From: an uncultured Chloroflexia bacterium
GTDB taxonomy: Bacteria; Chloroflexota; Anaerolineae; JAAYZQ01
Reading direction: 5' to 3'
Assembly (NCBI GenBank): GCA_963700285.1
Contig: CAVOXA010000010.1
Span: 544,001-608,000 of the forward strand
Length of the DNA stretch: 64,000 nucleotides
Shown here: in pieces, positions 9,781-19,794 of the stretch
Layout: every line of letters begins with the position of its first letter
Numbering within the stretch: the stretch's first letter is position 1
Program-made: the position numbers and the translations under genes
The notes under the pieces: generated by a model
What the model saw: only the letters and a program-made list of their open reading frames with translations
The model's database searches: none
What the model was told of the DNA's origin: nothing

Positions 9781-12104
9781 GGCAGATCAGCGTGCGCGGG
9801 GTGGTGCAGGGCGTTGGTTTCCGCCCCTTTGTCTACCGCCTGGCCCGCGACCACGCTCTTGCAGGCTGGGTACTTAACCATTCGGGCGGGGTCGACATCG
9901 AGGTGGAGGGCGCGCTCCCGGCCCTGGACGCCTTTGTCCATGGCCTGACAGAACAAGCGCCGCCCCTGGCTCGTATCGTGGCGGTGGAAGTCGTCGAGGC
10001 CCCCGCCCGCGGTTATGAACACTTTGAGATCCGCCATAGCGTAGCTGAGGAGGGGCGCTATCAGCTTATCTCACCCGACATTGCCACCTGTGCTGACTGC
10101 CGGCGTGAGCTGCTGGACCCCAATGACCGCCGCTACCGCTACCCCTTTACCAATTGCACGAACTGCGGGCCACGGTTCACCATCATCCGCGACATCCCCT
10201 ACGACCGGCCTTTGACCACCATGCAACCCTTTGTCATGTGCCCCCACTGCCAGCGCGAGTACGATGACCCGCTGGACCGGCGCTTTCACGCCCAACCCAA
10301 TGCCTGCCCGGTGTGCGGCCCGCAGGTCTGGCTGGAGGGTTCTGGTACGGCCGGACCCCACCTCGCGGAGCGGGATGACGCCGTACGGCTGGCCGGTCGG
10401 ATGCTTGTAGCGGGCAAAGTGCTGGCCATCAAAGGGCTGGGCGGCTTTCATCTGGCTTGTGACGCGACGAATGCAACTGCCGTTGGCGTCTTGCGGAAGC
10501 GGAAGGGCCGGCCGGCCAAGCCTCTGGCTGTGATGATGGCCAGTATGGACCATGTCCGTCGGCAGTGCCACGTATCCGAAGAGGAGGAATCTCTGCTCGC
10601 GAGCCAGCAGTGTCCCATAGTCTTGCTGCGCTGGAGAGATGATTCTTCCATCGTCCCTGAAGTAGCTCCCCAGAACCTTTACCTAGGCGTCATGCTGGCC
10701 TATACTCCCCTGCACCATATTCTTTTGCGCGACGTGTGCCGTCCCCTGGTGATGACCAGTGGCAACTTGTCCGAAGAGCCCATCGCTCAGAGCAACGACG
10801 AGGCCCGCCAGCGATTGGGCCCCCTGGCCGATGCCTTCCTGATGCACAACCGCGATATCTATGCCCGCTACGATGATTCAGTGGTGTTTGTCACCCAATC
10901 CACAACGCTCCAAGCTTCGAATTCCCAATCTACCCAGTACATCCGGCGTTCGCGGGGCTATGCGCCGCTTCCGGTCCGGTTGCCGTTCAAGACAGGACAG
11001 ATGCTGGCAACTGGCTCCGAACTGAAAAACACATTCTGCCTGACGCGGGACGATTTTGCCTTTGTCAGCCAGCATATAGGCGACATGGAAAACCTGGAGA
11101 CCTTGGAACATTTTGAGGCCTCAGTCGCGCTCTTCCAGCATATTTTCCGCACAGAGCCGGAGCTTTTCGCCCACGATCTTCATCCCGACTACCATGCCAC
11201 CAAATTCGCCCAAACACAAAGCTCCGATGGCCAGCCCCTTGTGCCCATCCAGCATCACCAGGCCCACATCGCTTCCTGTCTTGTCGACAATGGTTGGGGA
11301 AAGGCATCTGGTCCCGTTATTGGCGTGGCCTGGGATGGCACGGGCTATGGGCCCGATGGTCGCATCTGGGGTGGGGAGTTCTTTGTTGGCGACTACTGCG
11401 GCTTTCGACGTGCAGCGCATTTAGAGTACCTGCCTATGCCTGGCGGCGAAAGCGCTATCCGAAATCCGTGGCGATTGGCGGCGGGCTATGTCTATGCTTT
11501 GACCGGCGAGATGCCGGCAACGGCCGGCATCGCTGATCAGGATCTGCGCATCCTCCGCCAGCAGGTGGACAGGAACCTGAACGCACCGCTTACGTCAGCC
11601 GCGGGCCGTCTCTTTGATGCCGTAGCCGCCCTGGCCGGCGTCCGGCAGCAGGTGACCTATGAGGCCCAGGCAGCCATTGAACTGGAGATGTTGGCAACCA
11701 GGTGGGCCTTTGACTGCGCAGCAGACATCCATGCTCCGGCCTACGCCTATGAAATAGAGGACGGAGTAGATGGGGCTGTGATCCGTCTGCGCCGATTGCT
11801 CCAGGCGGTCCAGTCAGATGTAGAGGAAGGCGCCGGCCCTGGTGAGATCGGACACCGCTTCCACCGGACCCTGGCCGAGATGATCGTTGCGGTATGCCAG
11901 CAGATTGCTGCCGCGCAAGGTCCAAGGATCGTGGCTCTCAGCGGTGGTTGTTTCCAGAACCGGCTTCTGCTGGCCTTGACCGTACCCAAGCTAGAGGGCG
12001 CTGGGTTTCAGGTATTGCTGCACCGGCAGGTACCGTGCAACGACGGCGGCATCAGCCTGGGACAGGCGGCGCTGGCTCACTTTGCCGCCCTTGATTCGAA
12101 ATAG
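9756..12104 (+). CDS. hypF: Carbamoyltransferase HypF
   Basis: GVVQGVGFRPFVY acylphosphatase domain, zinc fingers (CTNCGPR, CPVCGP), QHHQAH and PCNDGGISLGQ. Confidence 0.97.
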   Translation: MAEPPIALRQISVRGVVQGVGFRPFVYRLARDHALAGWVLNHSGGVDIEVEGALPALDAFVHGLTEQAPPLARIVAVEVVEAPARGYEHFEIRHSVAEEGRYQLISPDIATCADCRRELLDPNDRRYRYPFTNCTNCGPRFTIIRDIPYDRPLTTMQPFVMCPHCQREYDDPLDRRFHAQPNACPVCGPQVWLEGSGTAGPHLAERDDAVRLAGRMLVAGKVLAIKGLGGFHLACDATNATAVGVLRKRKGRPAKPLAVMMASMDHVRRQCHVSEEEESLLASQQCPIVLLRWRDDSSIVPEVAPQNLYLGVMLAYTPLHHILLRDVCRPLVMTSGNLSEEPIAQSNDEARQRLGPLADAFLMHNRDIYARYDDSVVFVTQSTTLQASNSQSTQYIRRSRGYAPLPVRLPFKTGQMLATGSELKNTFCLTRDDFAFVSQHIGDMENLETLEHFEASVALFQHIFRTEPELFAHDLHPDYHATKFAQTQSSDGQPLVPIQHHQAHIASCLVDNGWGKASGPVIGVAWDGTGYGPDGRIWGGEFFVGDYCGFRRAAHLEYLPMPGGESAIRNPWRLAAGYVYALTGEMPATAGIADQDLRILRQQVDRNLNAPLTSAAGRLFDAVAALAGVRQQVTYEAQAAIELEMLATRWAFDCAADIHAPAYAYEIEDGVDGAVIRLRRLLQAVQSDVEEGAGPGEIGHRFHRTLAEMIVAVCQQIAAAQGPRIVALSGGCFQNRLLLALTVPKLEGAGFQVLLHRQVPCNDGGISLGQAALAHFAALDSK

Positions 12105-12180
12105 ATCCAATCATGCTATGGCGAGTGACTGTCTCCTCTGGTGTGTTGGGAAGAAGAACCGAGTGGTGTATACTGGTAAC

Positions 12181-13272
12181 ATGAAATACATAGACGAGTT
12201 TCGAGACCCTACCCTGGCCCGCAATTTGCTGTCTCGCATTGAGGCTCGCTCCACGCGGCCGGTTCGGCTCATGGAGTTTTGCGGCGGCCATACCCACGCT
12301 ATTCTGCGCTATGGCCTGCGTAGCCTACTGCCTCCCACGGTAGACCTCCGCTCCGGGCCAGGCTGCCCGGTGTGCGTCACAGCCAACGCAGACCTGGACC
12401 ATGCCATTGCCCTGGCCCGCGTTCCGGACCTGATTCTGACCACCTTTGGCGACATGGTCCGCGTGCCAGGAAGCAGCCAGACCTTGCAGGACGCCAGGGC
12501 TTCCGGTGCCGATGTCAGGATGGTCTACTCGACCCTGGACGCTCTGCAGATAGCGCGGGACAATTCCTCGCGCCCCGTAGTCTTTTTGGGTGTTGGCTTT
12601 GAGACGACGGCGCCCACCATTGCGGCTGCCTTGCTCCAGGCCCAGGCGGAGGTATTGGAGAACTTTTCCGTTCTCAGTCTGCACAAGCTAACCCCCCCCG
12701 CCACCCGAGCCATTCTCGATGAGGGTGAGGTGGCTGTGGATGGCATCATTGGCCCTGGTCACGTAACCACCATTATTGGCGCTGACACCTGGCGCTTTCT
12801 GCCGGAGGACTATGCTGTGCCTGTGGCCATTGCTGGATTTGAGCCGCTGGATATCCTCCGAGCGGTGGCCGACCTGGTCGATATGATCGAAGATGGGCGG
12901 CCCGCTGTGGCCAATGCCTATGCCCGCAGCGTGACCCGTGTGGGCAACCAAGCGGCATTGGAGGTACTGAGCCGTGTCTTTGCGGTTGGCGCTGCCGAGT
13001 GGCGTGGTTTGGGAGCCGTGCCTGCCAGCGGGCTGCGCATCCGCGACGAGCTGGCCAGCCATGATGCTGCTCGCCTGTTCGATGTTGATCCTGGCCCCAC
13101 ACGAGAGCACAAGGGCTGCCTTTGCGGTGACGTGCTGCGGGGCACCGTTGTACCTCCCGAGTGTCCCCTCTTTGATACGGTCTGTACCCCGGCCCAGCCT
13201 ATCGGCCCCTGTATGGTCTCGGCGGAAGGCGCCTGCGCAGCCCACTATCAGTTCGGGCGGGAATTCGAATGA
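12181..13272 (+). CDS. hypD: Hydrogenase formation protein HypD
   Basis: MEFCGGHTH, GPGCPVCVT, GFETT and PCMVSAEGACAA motifs. Confidence 0.97.
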   Translation: MKYIDEFRDPTLARNLLSRIEARSTRPVRLMEFCGGHTHAILRYGLRSLLPPTVDLRSGPGCPVCVTANADLDHAIALARVPDLILTTFGDMVRVPGSSQTLQDARASGADVRMVYSTLDALQIARDNSSRPVVFLGVGFETTAPTIAAALLQAQAEVLENFSVLSLHKLTPPATRAILDEGEVAVDGIIGPGHVTTIIGADTWRFLPEDYAVPVAIAGFEPLDILRAVADLVDMIEDGRPAVANAYARSVTRVGNQAALEVLSRVFAVGAAEWRGLGAVPASGLRIRDELASHDAARLFDVDPGPTREHKGCLCGDVLRGTVVPPECPLFDTVCTPAQPIGPCMVSAEGACAAHYQFGREFE

Positions 13273-14306
13273 CCGGCGAAGTGATCCTACTGGCCCACGG
13301 CTCCGGCGGCAAGCTCAGCCACGATCTGGTTGAGAACCTTTTCCTCCGTCATTTTGACAACCCTACTCTCCTCAAGTTGGATGACTCGGCCATTCTGCCC
13401 ATCCCTGGTCCCCAACACCCAAACTCCAGTACCCAGCTTGCCTTTTCTACCGATAGCTACGTCGTCAGTCCTCTCTTCTTCCCCGGGGGTGACATCGGCA
13501 AGCTCGCCGTGTGTGGTACCGTGAATGACCTGAGTATGAGTGGCGCCATGCCTCTGTGGTTAAGTGCTGGATTCATCCTTGAAGAGGGGTTGCCACTGGC
13601 CGAGTTGGAGCGTATCGTGGCTTCCATGGCAGCCACGGCCGAGAGGGCCGGCGTACAGATCGTGACCGGCGACACCAAGGTCGTGGACAAGGGCAGCGCC
13701 GACAAGATGTTCATCAACACCGCTGGCGTAGGCCTCGTGCCCCCGGGCATCGAGATCTCGGGCAATCGGGCACTGCCCGGTGACGCCGTCATCCTGAGTG
13801 GTACCATCGGCGACCATGGCATGACGATTATGACCCAGCGCGAGGGTCTACAGTTTAACAGCCTCCTGGAGAGCGACTGCGCGCCCCTGAATGGGATGGT
13901 CACTGCCCTGCTGGATGCGGTGCCCTCAGGAGCCATCCGGTGCCTGCGGGATCCCACTCGAGGGGGTCTGGCCACGGCCCTGAACGAACTGGCAGGCCGC
14001 TCCGGTACCGGCATTGAGATCGACGAGACCTCCGTCCCGATCCGCGATACAGTACGCGGCGCTTGCGAGTTGCTTGGCCTGGATCCACTCTACGTGGCCA
14101 ACGAGGGCAAGCTGGTGGCCATCGTCGCGCCGGAGGCCGTCAGAACAGCGCTGACTGGCCTGCACGCCCACGAATTCGGCCAGGAGGCAGCCCTCATTGG
14201 GCGGGTGACAGAGGGCCATCCCGGGCGAGTGGTGTTGCGCACGGCTCTTGGGGCCCGGCGTGTCGTCAACATGCTGGTGGGCGAGCAGTTGCCCCGGATC
14301 TGCTAG
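13269..14306 (+). CDS. hypE: Carbamoyl dehydratase HypE
   Basis: AHGSGG, DPTRGG and the C-terminal LPRIC. Confidence 0.97.
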   Translation: MTGEVILLAHGSGGKLSHDLVENLFLRHFDNPTLLKLDDSAILPIPGPQHPNSSTQLAFSTDSYVVSPLFFPGGDIGKLAVCGTVNDLSMSGAMPLWLSAGFILEEGLPLAELERIVASMAATAERAGVQIVTGDTKVVDKGSADKMFINTAGVGLVPPGIEISGNRALPGDAVILSGTIGDHGMTIMTQREGLQFNSLLESDCAPLNGMVTALLDAVPSGAIRCLRDPTRGGLATALNELAGRSGTGIEIDETSVPIRDTVRGACELLGLDPLYVANEGKLVAIVAPEAVRTALTGLHAHEFGQEAALIGRVTEGHPGRVVLRTALGARRVVNMLVGEQLPRIC

Positions 14307-14464
14307 AAGTGGCTGCAGGTGCGTGATCTGGTTCTCTGCCCCAGATCTGTGCTGCACCCTGGACGATCCCTTCGTTCGACCCTTTTATGGCCTGGGGCGT
14401 CTACATCGTGGACACACAGGGCAACGAGCTGACCCGCGTTGGGTTGGAAGGATATAGGTAGATT

Positions 14465-14953
14465 GTGAAGACGCTGATACTCGGCCTGGGCAATATCCTG
14501 CTGGGCGATGAGGGTGTGGGGGTACGGGTAGTGGAGCGACTACTGGCGCGCTATGATTTTCCCCAGGACACGCAGGTCATGGATGGGGGCACGCTGGCTC
14601 TGGATCTGCTGCCCTACGTGGAGGACGCCGACCGTCTGCTGGTAATCGATGCCGTAGATCTGCGCGCGGAGCCAGGCACGGTCGTCCGCATAGCGAACGA
14701 GGAGGTGCCTGTCTTCCTCAGTGTCAAGCTGTCTCCGCACCAGATGGGATTGGCGGACATCCTATCCGCCGCCCACTTGCGGGGTCACTTGCCCGGCGAA
14801 ATGGTGTTGCGGGGCGTGCAGCCGGGGGTGATAGACACCACACTGGACCTGTCGGCGCCCGTGGCTACCCAGGTTGACGTTCTGGTGGATGGAGTATTGG
14901 CGGATCTGAGCCAGTGGGGTATCGAGCCCACCAAGAGGGGAGAGCGAAGATGA
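14465..14953 (+). CDS. Hydrogenase maturation endopeptidase (HyaD/HybD family)
   Basis: GLGNILLGDEGVG, DGGT, IDAV and SPHQMG motifs. Confidence 0.92.
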   Translation: MKTLILGLGNILLGDEGVGVRVVERLLARYDFPQDTQVMDGGTLALDLLPYVEDADRLLVIDAVDLRAEPGTVVRIANEEVPVFLSVKLSPHQMGLADILSAAHLRGHLPGEMVLRGVQPGVIDTTLDLSAPVATQVDVLVDGVLADLSQWGIEPTKRGERR

Positions 14954-15103
14954 AATCCGACGAAAAGCGTGTGAACTGCCTGGTACCTGAAGGGTGAGTT
15001 GCCAGGGCGCTATCCCGAAGGGAGTCCCTGAAACCGTCGGGAGTGAGAGAAAGAGCGAGTCGCTGGAAAGTTTACACCAGAACCTAGATAGGGAGCTAGA
15101 GAT

Positions 15104-15391
15104 ATGTGTCTTGCCATTCCGGCACAGATCAAATCGATTACTGGCGTTGAGGCCGACGTAGACGTCGGCGGTGTGCAGCGTACCATCAGCCTGGTGCTCA
15201 CGCCCGAGGCACAGGTCGGCGAATATGTCTACGTCCATACCGGGTTTTCCATCAGTATCATGGACGAAGCGGAGGCGCTAGAAAGCCTGCGCCTGATTCA
15301 GGAGTTGGCCGAGACTTATCCGGTCGACGAGCTATTTTTGACCACCGGTGATCTACCCCAACGGGATGAGAAACTGAAGCCGGCCGGTTGA
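15104..15391 (+). CDS. hypC: Hydrogenase chaperone HypC with a C-terminal extension
   Basis: MCLAIP start and VGEYVYVHTG. Confidence 0.95.
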   Translation: MCLAIPAQIKSITGVEADVDVGGVQRTISLVLTPEAQVGEYVYVHTGFSISIMDEAEALESLRLIQELAETYPVDELFLTTGDLPQRDEKLKPAG

Positions 15392-15537
15392 GGCCAGTCT
15401 GCATTGGTTGATACAGGTCAAACGGGACACAGATCCCTTCCGTGGGGAAGAGGTCTGTGTTTCTGTTTGCTGCCCGGGAAAGAAAGCTCGTCGTCTGTCC
15501 CTCCAGCTTGACACGGAATTCACAAATGCTTGGCGAT

Positions 15538-15566
15538 TTGACACGGCGCTTCACCTGAGGTATTAT
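15538..15566 (+). promoter_or_regulatory. Sigma70 promoter of the hydrogenase structural operon
   Basis: TTGACA-N17-TATTAT about 250 bp upstream of the first subunit gene. Confidence 0.6.
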
Positions 15567-15814
15567 CTATCACGGTTTGCAGTCTGGGTTCAGGCAATGG
15601 CCGTCAATGGAGACATGATGCGCGCCGCAGCGATTTACGTAAGTTGTCAACTCAGCCACGCTCCAAAGCGCAACAAGAGGGACTACGAATGCAGTATCCC
15701 CAGTCTCTTGTGTGTTCCCATTGAAAAGAACTTGGAACCTGTGCTGGTGCAATCCACCGGTATAGGGCAATATGTTGGACCGTTGACGATGGAATCCTTT
15801 GTCAGGAGGGTGGA

Positions 15815-16846
15815 ATGAGCCTATGGGTGATTGACAAGCAGGCGATAGCTCCCCTTGTCACCAGAATGATGGAAGACTATCGGGTGGTCGGGCCCCAGGC
15901 CAAGGGCAGCAAGTTCGCCTTTGGTGAGATCGAGGATGTGGCCGATCTCAAGCTGGACTATAATACTTCGATCCTACCGCCCAAAAAGTACCTACAGCCA
16001 CAGGAAGAACGGATGATGACCTTCACCCGTAGCGGGAAGCCGGAGGTGGAAACGGTCATCGACGCTCCTCCGACCGTGATCCTGGGCGTCCATACCTGCG
16101 ATCTCCAGGGCATGGCCGTGCTGGACGAGGCCTTCAGTCAGGGCTTTCCCGATGCCCATTATCTGAGGCGGCGAGAGCGGACGCTGCTCGTGGGTATTGA
16201 GTGCCTGGAGCCATGTGACGAGCACTCCTTTTGCAAGAGTATGGGTACGTTAACGGTGAGCAACGGCTACGATCTGCACCTGACCGACCTGGGTCAGGCC
16301 TATGCCGTGGATGTGGGCACGGAACGGGGCGCGGCTTTGCTGAATCGGTACGGCAGCGCCGACCAGGCCAGCGAGATCGAAATGAAGCAGCTAAACAAGG
16401 TATTGGCTGCCAAATGGCCTCGCTTCCGCTACAAGCTCGAATTCGACGCAGGCGAACTCTCGTCCCTGATGAGCCAGGCATATGACAGTCCGCTGTGGGA
16501 CCAATTGGCTGAGATCTGCCTTGCCTGTGGGCAGTGTACCCTTGTGTGTCCAACCTGCTTCTGCTTTAACGTCTACGACGAGGTGGAACTAAACCTGCAG
16601 GACGGCGAGCGCCGGCGCCGCTGGGACTCGTGCCAGTTGGACGAGTTTGCCGGCGTGGCAGGCGGCGAGAACTTTCGTGAGCATCAGGCTGCCCGCCTGC
16701 GCCACCGCTTCATGCGCAAGGGCCGCTATCTCCAGGAGAAATACGGCGAGCTGGGTTGCACGGGTTGCGGCCGCTGTGCCCGATCTTGCCTGGTAGACAT
16801 CTCGCCCGTGGACGTCTTTAACGACCTGCACGGGGCCAGGGTGTAA
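15815..16846 (+). CDS. Group 3b [NiFe]-hydrogenase beta subunit (AsrA-like 4Fe-4S dicluster)
   Basis: PPKKY, HTCD, CLACGQCTLVCPTCFCF, RRRWDSC and CTGCGRCARSC motifs. Confidence 0.9.
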   Translation: MSLWVIDKQAIAPLVTRMMEDYRVVGPQAKGSKFAFGEIEDVADLKLDYNTSILPPKKYLQPQEERMMTFTRSGKPEVETVIDAPPTVILGVHTCDLQGMAVLDEAFSQGFPDAHYLRRRERTLLVGIECLEPCDEHSFCKSMGTLTVSNGYDLHLTDLGQAYAVDVGTERGAALLNRYGSADQASEIEMKQLNKVLAAKWPRFRYKLEFDAGELSSLMSQAYDSPLWDQLAEICLACGQCTLVCPTCFCFNVYDEVELNLQDGERRRRWDSCQLDEFAGVAGGENFREHQAARLRHRFMRKGRYLQEKYGELGCTGCGRCARSCLVDISPVDVFNDLHGARV

Positions 16847-16858
16847 GGAGGTAAGAGG

Positions 16859-17710
16859 ATGACACAGTCCATAGTTGCTACTGCTCAGGAGGAATCGGTC
16901 TACCGGCCGGCGATGGCGCGTTTGCTCAAAGTTGAACCGATGACCGAATTGGAAACGCTGTTCACCCTGGAGCTGCCCGGCGGGCGGAGCCTGGGCAACG
17001 AGCCCGGCCAGTTTGTCGAAGTCTCGTTGTTTGGCATTGGCGAGGCGCCAATCTCTATCAGTTCTTCGCCCAGCCGCAGCAATGGTACGTTTGAGCTTTG
17101 CGTGCGAAATGTTGGGGATGTGACCAGGAACATGCATGGCCTGGAACCAGGCGCGGTCCTGGGTGTCCGTGGCCCCTTTGGTCACGGCTTCCCAATTGAG
17201 AAGATGAAGGGCAGGGACATTCTTTTTGCAGCGGGTGGCTTGGGATTGGCCCCTCTGCGCTCGCTCATCAACCAGGTGTTGGATCAACGGGGATTCTTTG
17301 AGCGTGTGATCATTCTCTACGGCACCAAGCAGCCCAGTGAGATTCTGTTCAAAGACGAGCTGCTGCAGTGGGCAGAGCGGGAGGACGTCGAGTTCCACAT
17401 GACTGTGGATCGTGGTGACGAAAGCTGGAAGGGAAACGTTGGGGTCATCACCACACTCTTTCCCCAGATCACCATCAACCCCCGCAATACCGTGGCAGCG
17501 ACCTGTGGCCCGCCCATCATGTACCGTTTTGTGCTGATGGAGTTGTTGGGCAAAGGCATCCCAGAAACACAGATCTATCTGTCACTCGAGCGCCGGATGA
17601 AGTGTGGCGTGGGCAAGTGCGGTCACTGCCAGATCAACGAATTATACTGTTGCCAGGACGGGCCGGTCTTCCGGTATGCTGACATCAAGGGATTGGAGGA
17701 AGCGCTGTAA
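16859..17710 (+). CDS. Group 3b [NiFe]-hydrogenase gamma subunit (FAD/NAD(P)-binding, 2Fe-2S; AsrB-like)
   Basis: PGQF, GEAPISISS, RGPFG, AGGLGLAPL, CGPPIM and ERRMKCGVGKCGHC...C motifs. Confidence 0.92.
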   Translation: MTQSIVATAQEESVYRPAMARLLKVEPMTELETLFTLELPGGRSLGNEPGQFVEVSLFGIGEAPISISSSPSRSNGTFELCVRNVGDVTRNMHGLEPGAVLGVRGPFGHGFPIEKMKGRDILFAAGGLGLAPLRSLINQVLDQRGFFERVIILYGTKQPSEILFKDELLQWAEREDVEFHMTVDRGDESWKGNVGVITTLFPQITINPRNTVAATCGPPIMYRFVLMELLGKGIPETQIYLSLERRMKCGVGKCGHCQINELYCCQDGPVFRYADIKGLEEAL

Positions 17711-18475
17711 TGGCCGAGAACGGAAAGCCAAAAGTCGCATTCTTTGACTTTGCCTGCTGCGAGGGCTGCCAGCTCACCGTGGTCGACGCTTTGCAGACGC
17801 ACCTGGAGTTGGTTGAGGCAGTCGAGATCGTCCAGTTCCGGGAGGCGATGACGGAGAAGGGTGAGGATTATCTGGTCGCCTTCATCGAGGGATCGTGCAC
17901 TCGGAAGGAGGATGAGGCGCGCCTGCAAGAGATCAGAGAGCAGGCAGCCATCGTAGTTGCTCTCGGCGCTTGCGCGCATACGGCCGGCGTAAATGCACTC
18001 AAGAACCTTCAGCCCTCCCTGCAGGATGTGCGCGAATACGTCTATGCCGACAAGTGGGGATGGTACGATACCTATGCGGCCCGACCCATCAGTGCCGTGA
18101 TCCAGGTGGATGCCATCATCCCAGGTTGCCCCATCGACCGCTTCGAGTTTCTGGATGTGGTAAAGAAGGTACTGCTGGGCAAAGCGCCCACCATTCCTGA
18201 CTATCCAGCTCTGCGTAGAATGCAAGCTCAAAGAGAACGTGTGCCTGTTTGACAAGGGGGGTACGTGCCTGGGCCCCATTACCCGCGCCGGATGCGATGC
18301 CATTTGCCCCACCTATGGTGATGGTTGCGAGGGATGCCGGGGTTTGATTTCTAATCCCAACGAAAATGCCATGAAGGACGTCCTCGAGAAGGCTGGCATG
18401 ACGGTCGAGCAGTTGATGTCCAAGATGACGATGTTCAATGGCTACGAGCCGGGCCAGATTGAGGTTGCGGGCTAA
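17710..18475 (+). CDS. Group 3b [NiFe]-hydrogenase small (delta) subunit (apparent +1 frameshift near 18208)
   Basis: CCEGC, IEGS, LGACA and PGCP motifs; the protein continues in another frame as CVECK...CLGPITRAGCDAICP...CEGCRG. Confidence 0.88.
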
Positions 18476-18487
18476 GGAGACTGATGC

Positions 18488-19784
18488 ATGAGTGAAGTAA
18501 ATGTGAATGTAAATGTACATCACTTGACCCGGGTTGAAGGGCATGGCGATATCACCGTCGATGTTCAGAACGGCGAAATCATCAAGTGCGAGTGGTCGGT
18601 CGTCGAGGCCCCACGCTTCTTTGAGGCGATGTTGCGCGGGCGTCCCTACACAGAGGCATCGCACATCACCTCGCGCATCTGTGGCATCTGTTCTGTCGGT
18701 CACGCGACGGCCTCGCTGCGAGCGACAGAGACCGCCCTGGGGGTAGAGATTTCGGAACAGACGGAGATGCTGCGCAAGCTGCTTTTCCATGGGGAGATGA
18801 TCGACAGCCATGTGCTCCACGTCTATATGCTCGTTGCCCCAGATTTTTTGGGTGTAGGCAGTGTGCTGCCGCTGGCTGCCTCGCACCCGGAGGTGGTTAT
18901 GCGGGCGTTGCGGATCAAAAAGCTGTCCGGTGATCTGTGCGCCATGATCGCTGGTCGCCACACGCACCCTGTCGCCATGGCCGTTGGCGGCTTTACACAT
19001 CTGCCCAAGATAAAGGAACTCCTGGCCATGCGCGAGCGTCTGGTTGCTGCCCGCGAGGATATGGATGAAACGATGGCCCTGCTCAAGACGCTGCCCTGGC
19101 CTGCTTTCGAGCGCGAGACCGAGTACGTGTCGCTCCAGAAGGATGACGAGTACGCCTTTATCGACGGCCGGATTGCCACCACCGATGGCTTTAGCTATGA
19201 GCTCGCCTGACTACCGCAAAGTGACCAATGAGTATATGGTTCCCCAGTCGACGGCCAAGTACACCAAACACAACCGCGAGAGCTACATGGTTGGCGCATT
19301 GGCTCGCTTTAACAACAACTATGACCAGTTGCACCCGCGGGCCAAAGCTGCCGCTGAAGAGCTGGGCATGGTACCCATCGTCACCAATACCTTCCTCAAT
19401 TCGGGAGCCCAGGCCATCGAGATGGTCCACTGCATCGAAGATGCCATTCTGCTCATCGATGAATTGGTAGACCGTGGCCTCGAGGAGGAGCCGCTGTACC
19501 AGTTCCAGGGCAAGGGGGGCGAGGGCGTTGGTTCCTGCGACGTGCCGCGGGGCATCCTGTTCCACAACTATGTCATCGATGATGACGGGCTCATCCAGGG
19601 CGCCAACTGTATCATCCCTACCAACCAAAATCATGCCAACATCCAGGCTGACATGGAATTCCTGGTTCCGCAGATCTTGGACAAGCCCCAGGATGAGATC
19701 CGGCTTACGCTGGAGATGCTCGTGCGGGCCTACGATCCCTGCATCTCCTGCTCGACTCACTTGCTCGACGTAACCTTTGTCTAA
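18488..19784 (+). CDS. Group 3b [NiFe]-hydrogenase large (alpha) subunit (apparent +1 frameshift near 19205)
   Basis: TRVEGHG, PRFFE and the L1 motif RICGIC...H in the first frame; PRG, IIPT and the L2 motif RAYDPCISCSTH with a short cleavable tail in the second frame. Confidence 0.9.
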
Positions 19785-19794
19785 GGGCAAGTGG

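Noticed and set aside
15815-17710. AsrA/AsrB-like genes as an anaerobic sulfite reductase
   Set aside because: There is no asrC. The genes are followed by [NiFe] small and large subunits, the standard group 3b layout.
19195-19215. TGA at 19208-19210 in the hydrogenase large subunit as selenocysteine ([NiFeSe] enzyme)
   Set aside because: The protein continues in a different frame, not after the TGA, and the L2 motif is DPCISC with Cys. A one-base insertion explains it.
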